Source: a virus. Taken from it: 64,000 bases of DNA. Within the stretch, counting starts at the first letter, position 1; each line of letters opens with the position of its first letter. The position numbers and the translations under genes were made by a program. The stretch lies in IMG/VR virus record IMGVR_UViG_3300045988_056849. One strand, written 5' to 3'. Positions 9,830 to 16,597 of this stretch are shown piece after piece. Under the pieces are notes generated by a model. The model had not been told where the DNA came from and did no database searches. It worked only from the letters and a program-made list of their open reading frames with translations.

Positions 9830-10201
9830 ATGAAATCAAAGAAAACAGTTTGGAGTATCTTCCGAGATTATGTCAATAGCAAGCCTATTGGAACGGAGAT
9901 AACAAGGCAAGAAATTTTGAAAGAAATTGAAAGGCATTTTATCAGTAGGGATGTTCAATGTGTTGGTAAAACATTATCTGCACTACCAAGATATTCTCCA
10001 GTTACTTTGGACTACGCACGCAACATGGCGACAGGCAGATATTATCTTGAAAAGACCGAGCGAGTTGGTCACTATAAGATTATTTGTCACTTTCCGTCAG
10101 ATTATACCATTTCGCAATTGAGAAAAGACTATGATTGCGAAAAGCGGATGGAAGCAGAAAGAAATGAACATGGCAGTAGAAATAACAGTAACAAGGATTA
10201 A
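9830..10201 (+). CDS. Hypothetical protein (123 aa), first gene after the non-coding region
   Basis: ATG-initiated ORF following the conserved G-box element. No recognisable motif. Confidence 0.5.
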   Translation: MKSKKTVWSIFRDYVNSKPIGTEITRQEILKEIERHFISRDVQCVGKTLSALPRYSPVTLDYARNMATGRYYLEKTERVGHYKIICHFPSDYTISQLRKDYDCEKRMEAERNEHGSRNNSNKD

Positions 10202-11678
10202 CAATTTTGAATATTCCTTTAAGCTATCGAGCAAGAATGGGATAAGACACGTTGCAAAGGCATTGACTTTTCGCAACCCTGACCCTTTTGCCTATTCGTC
10301 AAAAATAGAGAAGTTTGACAAAAAGAAATTCACTTTCAAAATAGGCATGTTGCCTACGTTGGAAAAGTATATCCGAGTTCACAACCTTTCATATCAGATT
10401 TCAGACTATGATTTTGCTCTTCCCGAAGGCGTGGATATTGATAACCGAATGACTGGGAAGTATATTCACCAACGCAAGGCGGTTGAGGCTTTTTATCGAA
10501 AGCGTTTTGGAATCATAGTCGTACCGACCAGAGGAGGAAAGACCTTCATTGCTTCCGAGATATTGCGTATATTCTTGAATACCGATGATGGTAACTTTCT
10601 GTTCCTTACCGATAACACAACGTTGTTTAATCAAGCTGTAAATGATATCAAGGAGTATTTTCAGCCGTATGGTGGTATAGAGGTAGGAGAAATCAAAGCT
10701 GGCAAGATTGACACTGGCAAGCGTGTAACTGTAGGAATGATTCAAACAATTCAATCTACGTTCTCTGCTCGATGTAAAGACAAGGTAAAGAAAAGGGAGC
10801 TTGATAAGTATTTCAAAACATTGAAGTTTCTTTGTATTGACGAGATACACGACAACTGTTCTGATGCGAAGCTCAAGACCTATAAGAAAGCGAAGAAATT
10901 GGAATACCAACTTTGTCTTTCAGCAACTCCGTATCGAACAGGCACGTTGGTTCAGAACTTGAAGCTCAAAGAATGGAGCGGTGATGTTCTTTACACGATA
11001 ACCGAGAAACGGTTGAGAGAAAGGAAGGTATTGTCAGACTATCGTGTGTTCATGCTACTTATTGACCATAATGATATTGAGTACGACATTGAAGTGGACG
11101 ATTACAATGGTTATCGAAGAGAGTTAATATTTGAATCAAAACTTCGTAACAAGCTCTTGATGCAGGTTATCGGAATACTCCGAGAGTTGAACCTCAAAAC
11201 GCTTGTGTTGTTCCAAAGCGTAGAGCATGGACGCAGGGTGGAACGTCTTTCGGGAATACCTTTTATCAGCGGAGAGAATGACAGCGAGGAGCGTGAGCGA
11301 GCAAAAGAGGAGTTCTTGGAAGGTGAAGGTGGTTTTCTTTTAGCGTCAAATATCTTCAAGAAGGGCGTTACACTTCCGCAGGTTGAAGTCATGATAAACG
11401 TGGACGGAGGTTTGGAGGACGCTAACACTATTCAGAAGAAAGGACGTGTATTGGGAGCAACAAAAACTAAGAGCCGAAGCCTGATAATTGACTTCTTTGA
11501 TTTGTATGACGCTTATTTCTCCGAACACTCTGAAACAAGGTTAAACACTTATATCGGAGCTATCGGTGAGAAGCGAGTAGGCATATTGGATACTTCGATT
11601 GACGATTGGAAAGAAACGATTAAAAGATGGACAATAAAGTGGTTCGACGCAGACAAAGGCTATTCAGATATGCAGTAG
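10131..11678 (+). CDS. SF2 DNA helicase, T4 UvsW-like
   Basis: Walker A-like 'VVPTRGGKTFIA', DEAH-type 'CIDEIHD', motif III 'LSATPYR', motif VI 'QKKGRVLG'. The N-terminal ~100-aa domain is arranged as in UvsW. Start is uncertain (10131, 10164 or 10170), and all options overlap the upstream ORF. Confidence 0.75.
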   Translation: MIAKSGWKQKEMNMAVEITVTRINNFEYSFKLSSKNGIRHVAKALTFRNPDPFAYSSKIEKFDKKKFTFKIGMLPTLEKYIRVHNLSYQISDYDFALPEGVDIDNRMTGKYIHQRKAVEAFYRKRFGIIVVPTRGGKTFIASEILRIFLNTDDGNFLFLTDNTTLFNQAVNDIKEYFQPYGGIEVGEIKAGKIDTGKRVTVGMIQTIQSTFSARCKDKVKKRELDKYFKTLKFLCIDEIHDNCSDAKLKTYKKAKKLEYQLCLSATPYRTGTLVQNLKLKEWSGDVLYTITEKRLRERKVLSDYRVFMLLIDHNDIEYDIEVDDYNGYRRELIFESKLRNKLLMQVIGILRELNLKTLVLFQSVEHGRRVERLSGIPFISGENDSEERERAKEEFLEGEGGFLLASNIFKKGVTLPQVEVMINVDGGLEDANTIQKKGRVLGATKTKSRSLIIDFFDLYDAYFSEHSETRLNTYIGAIGEKRVGILDTSIDDWKETIKRWTIKWFDADKGYSDMQ

Positions 11679-12229
11679 ATACGTTCGTGGAGTTATTGGA
11701 ACAAGTTACCAAAAGGAAAGTTAATTACAAATGTAACAACTCTGATACGGCATGTTGGGATAACTTCATGGACACTTTCTCTGACCTTATCGGAGAAGAG
11801 TTTGTTAGAAAGTTTTGCGAATATGGTATTCAATCTTGGTTTAATTCAGGAGCAAAGAAGGACTATTCACGAGAAATAAGGTTCAATTGGGTGTTCGGAA
11901 AAACCGCCATAGCGAGGTGGAAAAAGTACGATATAGACACCAATGTATACATTACAAGGATTGGACTGAAGAAAGACCATAAAATCAATGTAATAAAGAA
12001 GAAAACTGAAATACCAGCGTTAATATCTACTATCAGACCTGCGGAGGAGAAATTCAAAGCAGCCTACCATAATACCAACAGAGGGTTTTTATGGTGCATA
12101 GCAAATACAACTCTGTATTTTCATAAGAGTTCTAAATGTGCAACTTGTAAATTCAAAAACGAATGTAAGGAGCTTCTGAAAAAGGAGTATCCAAAAATAT
12201 ATGTAAAAAGAGGTTATGGCGAAAAATGA
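11627..12229 (+). CDS. Hypothetical protein (200 aa) between two helicase genes; Cys-rich C-terminus
   Basis: ORF fills the interval between the helicase genes. It could be a helicase loader by position only, with no motif support. Confidence 0.45.
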   Translation: MDNKVVRRRQRLFRYAVDTFVELLEQVTKRKVNYKCNNSDTACWDNFMDTFSDLIGEEFVRKFCEYGIQSWFNSGAKKDYSREIRFNWVFGKTAIARWKKYDIDTNVYITRIGLKKDHKINVIKKKTEIPALISTIRPAEEKFKAAYHNTNRGFLWCIANTTLYFHKSSKCATCKFKNECKELLKKEYPKIYVKRGYGEK

Positions 12230-13589
12230 TGGATTAGCAAGTAACTTCGTTGTTGAGCTTCTTGCGGCTGCGTTAGAGAAAAGAACAGTATTTGAAATTG
12301 TTAGACAATACTTGAAATTCTCTTATTTGCAAATTGAAAGTGAGAAGAAGCTGTGGCAATGGGTTACAAAAAGATACGACCGAACAGGAAAAGTTCCGAC
12401 TATTGGTCAGATTCAGCAACAATTCCAAGATGATGAAAATGTATTAGAGAAACTTGAAGAAATATCCGATGTAGAGATTGACGAGCAGGGCGGTCATGAG
12501 ATGATTGTTGATACTTTCGAGAAGTTCATCAAGAAGATGAAATTTTTGGAAGCTAACGACAAGATTGCTGATTTATACAACCAAGGAAAGAAAGAGCAAT
12601 CTTGGGATATGTTCGTCAAATACGCTGAGGACTTCTCCAAGTTCTCCATTCAGTCTGCTAAGTTTGAAACCGTATTTGGAGACTTTGCCGAACGTCAAGC
12701 AAAAAGGAGGAGCGATGATTGGCAGTTCCGTTATAAGATACCGACTGGTATTGATGAAATAGATTATCGGTTGGGCGGTGAGAACGGTGGCCCAGAGACT
12801 GGTGAGTGCGTTCTTTGGTTGGGAGACTCAGGAGCTGGTAAAAGTCAGGTGCTGGTTTCCGTAGGTATATCTGCTGCCCGACAAGGCTTCAGAGTTGCTC
12901 ACTTTCAGTTAGAAGGTACGAAGGAACAATGTTTGAACCGATACGATGCCGCTTGGACAGGTACGCTTTACCAAGATGTGAAACTTGGTAACATTACCGC
13001 CAAGAAGATGGAGGTGACCAAGCGCATTATTAAGAAGCTCCGAAAGAGTGATATCATTGTAAGCTCCGAAGAAACATTCAACGCTAAGACCTTGCCCGAT
13101 ATTCGGAGAGAGGTCAAGGAAATGGAAAAAACTTATGGTAAGATTGACGTTATCATAATAGACTATTTGGAGTTGTTAGAAGTAGGCGATGGTCATAACT
13201 ATACACCTCACGAGGAGCGTTTCAGACAAGCAAAACTTGCGAAGGGTATGAAGATGCTTGCCATGGAATTCAATGCAGTGGTTCATACAGCTACCCAGTC
13301 AAGTAGTATCGGAGAGGAGCAGAAGAACGACCCAGAGTTTGTTATCACCCGTGCTCAACTTTCGGAGGATAAAGGAAAAATCAGACCGTTTGATATTTTT
13401 ATTACAATCAATCAAACAAGGGATGAGTCCAAAGAAGAGATTATGAGACTTCATACTGATAAGCTCCGAGACTATAAGAATGGAGACCCAATACATATTT
13501 GTAATAATTTCGCATACGCAAGGTTTTATGATAGAAAGCGTACACTGAATACAGATTGGGATGAATATGATAATAACGATAAGGAGTGA
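12216..13589 (+). CDS. DnaB-family replicative DNA helicase (T4 gp41-like)
   Basis: Walker A 'GDSGAGKSQVLV' and Walker B 'VIIIDYLELL' in a C-terminal RecA-like domain after a helical N-terminal domain. Confidence 0.75.
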   Translation: MAKNDGLASNFVVELLAAALEKRTVFEIVRQYLKFSYLQIESEKKLWQWVTKRYDRTGKVPTIGQIQQQFQDDENVLEKLEEISDVEIDEQGGHEMIVDTFEKFIKKMKFLEANDKIADLYNQGKKEQSWDMFVKYAEDFSKFSIQSAKFETVFGDFAERQAKRRSDDWQFRYKIPTGIDEIDYRLGGENGGPETGECVLWLGDSGAGKSQVLVSVGISAARQGFRVAHFQLEGTKEQCLNRYDAAWTGTLYQDVKLGNITAKKMEVTKRIIKKLRKSDIIVSSEETFNAKTLPDIRREVKEMEKTYGKIDVIIIDYLELLEVGDGHNYTPHEERFRQAKLAKGMKMLAMEFNAVVHTATQSSSIGEEQKNDPEFVITRAQLSEDKGKIRPFDIFITINQTRDESKEEIMRLHTDKLRDYKNGDPIHICNNFAYARFYDRKRTLNTDWDEYDNNDKE

Positions 13590-13591
13590 GT

Positions 13592-14359
13592 ATGAAACCA
13601 TATGGATTTATATATAAATTGACTTATTTGCCTACAAAGAAAATATATGTAGGAAGACATAAGTTGAACAGCTGTAAGAATTATCTTGGTAGCGGTTCAG
13701 AAATTAAAGAAATTCAAAGCCGAGATAAAAAGAGATTACCATTACATTGGAGAAAATTATGGAAAAGACAAGTAATTGATTTAGCATATTCCTTTGAAGA
13801 ATTAAGAAAAAAGGAATATGATTGGATTCAAAAGTTAGATGCTTTGAATCCTTTAATTGGTTACAATATATTAGAAGTTGAAAGGATAGGAGGAGTTTGT
13901 TGGCCGAGTGAAGACCCAAGAGTCAGGGAGAAAATAAGAATAAGTCATCTTGGTGATAAAAATCCCATACATAAGCATATCTTTACAAAAGAAGAAAGAG
14001 AGTTAATGAGAAGAAGGAGACTTGGAACTAAATTAAGCAAAGAAGCGAGATTGAAAGTTTCAAAGGCGAGAAAGGGAATTGTTTTATCAGATGATACCAA
14101 AACTAAACTTTCATTAGCTAATTTGGGTGAAAACAATCCTAATTACGGCAAAAGAGTTGAAGAAACTTCTATGTTTGGTAAACATCATACCGACGAGACT
14201 AAAACGAAAATGTCTCAACGAATGAGCGGAAAGAATAACCCAATGTATGGCGTTACTTCTCCTAATAAGGGCAAGAAAATGTCCGAAGAACAAAAGCGTA
14301 AAATATCTGAATCAAGAAAGAGAGGTATATATGAGAAGAAAACCAAGAACAATTTCTGA
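13592..14359 (+). mobile_element. Free-standing GIY-YIG homing endonuclease gene (HEG-A) with NUMOD3-type repeats
   Basis: 'YGFIYKLTYLPTKKIYVGRH' is a GIY...YVG motif. The C-terminal half has repeated 'G(D/E/K)(K/N)NP(I/N/M)(H/Y)GK' and 'S(E/K)E..(K/L)K(I/V)S' units. It is inserted between the helicase and primase genes. A GTG at 13586 is also possible. Confidence 0.8.
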
Positions 14360-15302
14360 TTCAGATTTGAGAGATTTGTTAATCAATCCTAAATTGAATA
14401 GGAGGGGTCAATATGTGTGCGACTGCATCTTTTGCGGCAAAGAGAGACACATGTATGTTAGCAAACAAACTCAGCTTTTTGATTGTAAGAAGTGCGGTGA
14501 ATATGGAAGTATTTACAAACTTCTCAAACAGCTGGATAAAACTTATCTGCTGGGAGGAGCAACGGTTGAAATTCGAGAGACTATTCAGAGCCTTCGGAGT
14601 ATCGTTGCGGAAAGCATAGAGGAGGATGAGGTGACGTTAAAGGAGTTACCTGTTATAAAGATGCCTGTGGGATGGAAAGTGTCCGTAGCAAGCACGAAAT
14701 ACCTATTGGGGCGTGGAATAACTCCTGCCGATTGTAAGCGTTATAATATAGGAGCTACTGATTTGTATCGTAAATACCAAAACTATGTCTTGATACCAAT
14801 TTACGATGGCGGAAAGATACGAGGTTTTTTGGGACGATACGGAGCCAAGAAAGTTCCATCAGACCGATTAAGATACAACAACAGCGTTGGTACGGAGTTC
14901 TCCGAGCTTTTGTTTGGATATGATGAAATAACCGAGAACACTACAACCGTTATATTAGTAGAAGGAATTTTTGACAAGATAGCAGTTGACAAAGTTCTTC
15001 ATCTATGGGATAGCGAGGATATAAAATGCGTTTGTACATTCGGAAAGAAAATCAGTCCAGAGCAATCGAAAAAGTTAATGTTGAAGGGAGTCACAAATGT
15101 CATATTGTTATATGATTTTGACGCTATCAAAGACATCAAAAAGTACGGTTTGGAACTTGAAAATAACTTCGTTACAAGTATTACATATACTACAAAGAAG
15201 GATATTGATGAATGTACGGAGCAAGAAGCATTGGAAGTTTTCACCCACCTTCAGAAACCGAGAGAGTTCAACGAGGATGTAATTGGTAAATTAAAGAAGT
15301 GA
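14331..15302 (+). CDS. DnaG/T7-type DNA primase (Cys4 zinc ribbon + TOPRIM)
   Basis: Zinc ribbon 'CDCIFCGKERHMYVSKQTQLFDCKKCG'. TOPRIM 'VILVEGIFDKIAV' (Glu) and 'ILLYDFDAIKD' (DxD). ATG 14331 (MRRKPRT...) is chosen over the ORF-track start 14247, which lies deep in HEG-A. Confidence 0.75.
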   Translation: MRRKPRTISDSDLRDLLINPKLNRRGQYVCDCIFCGKERHMYVSKQTQLFDCKKCGEYGSIYKLLKQLDKTYLLGGATVEIRETIQSLRSIVAESIEEDEVTLKELPVIKMPVGWKVSVASTKYLLGRGITPADCKRYNIGATDLYRKYQNYVLIPIYDGGKIRGFLGRYGAKKVPSDRLRYNNSVGTEFSELLFGYDEITENTTTVILVEGIFDKIAVDKVLHLWDSEDIKCVCTFGKKISPEQSKKLMLKGVTNVILLYDFDAIKDIKKYGLELENNFVTSITYTTKKDIDECTEQEALEVFTHLQKPREFNEDVIGKLKK

Positions 15303-15736
15303 TGAATATGGATAAGACAAGAAACCTATCAGTAGCAGAATACTTTTTGGTAATACAGAAAGAGTATTTGATTGCTGAATTTAGAAAGAAGATATATTAC
15401 AACCCGAAGGATAAGGCATATTATCAAAGGGTAATGACGCACAAGGCTAAGAAGATAAACGACATTGCTAAACGCAATCGTTTAGATAGCATTCTGAATA
15501 GCTCCAGCAAATTGGAAGAGGTACGGAGCGAGCTATTTGATAAACTTGGCAAACCAAAGTTTGAATTGACCGAGCTTGATGTTGAGAATTATTACGCTAT
15601 CGGGAACGAGTTTTCATTCAAGGGAGGTATATGGATTTTGGACCAAGTTAAGTCCGATGGAACATTGACGCTTTATTCCGCAAAGTTACAAGAATATGAA
15701 GATGCGAATAAAGACGATGTATGTCGAATATTGTAG
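15299..15736 (+). CDS. Hypothetical protein (145 aa)
   Basis: ATGA overlap with the primase stop. No motif. Confidence 0.5.
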   Translation: MMNMDKTRNLSVAEYFLVIQKEYLIAEFRKKIYYNPKDKAYYQRVMTHKAKKINDIAKRNRLDSILNSSSKLEEVRSELFDKLGKPKFELTELDVENYYAIGNEFSFKGGIWILDQVKSDGTLTLYSAKLQEYEDANKDDVCRIL

Positions 15737-15799
15737 AAAATAAAATTTGTAGTTTATCCAATAAAACATTGGGTTTGTCTGGGGTTTTGCTTAACAAAA

Positions 15800-15871
15800 G
15801 TTAAATCTTTGGGCAAACCCAAAAATTTTTTCGATTTTATTTTGCCGTTTGAAAAATTGTCCTTACCTTCG
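15800..15871 (+). promoter_or_regulatory. Class I promoter copy 1: GTTAAAT box, -33 TTTG (15841-15844), 19-nt spacer, -7 TACCTTCG (15864-15871)
   Basis: One of five near-identical upstream regions. Fits the Bacteroidota -33 TTTG / -7 TAnnTTTG consensus with one mismatch. Followed by a tandem ATTGTAAAT pair (15879-15887, 15891-15899) and the ATG at 15904. Confidence 0.65.
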
Positions 15872-15903
15872 TATCAGAATTGTAAATTAAATTGTAAATC
15901 GCA

Positions 15904-16548
15904 ATGGGACAAAAGATGAAAATGTCAGAAAAACTCTATCATAGATATGAGTATCTTGCGAAGAAGTACGCATCCAAGATATTCTCCTATGAAGAACTGT
16001 CCTTTGAATTTGAGGACTTGGTTCAGGAGTTCCGTTTGAAAATCTTTACTTCCATAAAATCATACGGCAGGCGATGGGCCAAATATCGGAGAAACGAAGC
16101 ATCAAAGCCAGTACTAATCCGATTTTATTTGGAAGCAGCTTGTTCTAACAAGTCCAGAGATTTTATGAAGTATATAAGTAGAGAGAACTACAAAACAAGA
16201 ATTGATAAAATCAATTTTGATTATGGTATCGAAGGAGATACACAAATTTCTCCTGAAGTAAACAAGTTTGTACTTAATGGAGTAGATTTGTTGGAAGGAT
16301 TGACGGGCAAAGAAAGAGTTATATTTTCACTTTTCTTGCGAGGTTACAATACAAAAATTCTTAACAAAGTTTACTTTAACAACGAGTCAGAGAAACGAGC
16401 AAGAAAGGAAATCTTGGACAGTGGCGATGAACCAATTGGAGTAGCAGATATAATAGACTTACAAAAGAGTTACTTGATTCAGAAATATGGTAACGAATTG
16501 CTACAACAAAAGAAAGTATTTTCAACTTACAGTTTCGATGAAGAGTAA
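15904..16548 (+). CDS. Sigma-70-family-like (ECF-sized) transcription factor 1
   Basis: 'FEDLVQEFRLKIFTSIKSYG' resembles sigma region 2.1-2.2. 'LTGKERVIFSLFLRGYNTKILNKV' resembles the region 4 HTH. 214 aa. First gene behind a class I promoter. Confidence 0.5.
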   Translation: MGQKMKMSEKLYHRYEYLAKKYASKIFSYEELSFEFEDLVQEFRLKIFTSIKSYGRRWAKYRRNEASKPVLIRFYLEAACSNKSRDFMKYISRENYKTRIDKINFDYGIEGDTQISPEVNKFVLNGVDLLEGLTGKERVIFSLFLRGYNTKILNKVYFNNESEKRARKEILDSGDEPIGVADIIDLQKSYLIQKYGNELLQQKKVFSTYSFDEE

Positions 16549-16554
16549 CGAAAA

Positions 16555-16581
16555 CAGTTTTAACAAATAAATAGTAATCAT
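16555..16581 (+). promoter_or_regulatory. Variant of the CAGTTATAGTA motif (CAGTT-ttaacaaataa-ATAGTAATCAT) upstream of 16598
   Basis: Collinear with 50168-50205 (AAACAGTT...ATAGTAATCAT...TAAAATCGT-ATG) apart from an internal insertion. Confidence 0.35.
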
Positions 16582-16597
16582 TAAAATCGTAAAAGCA

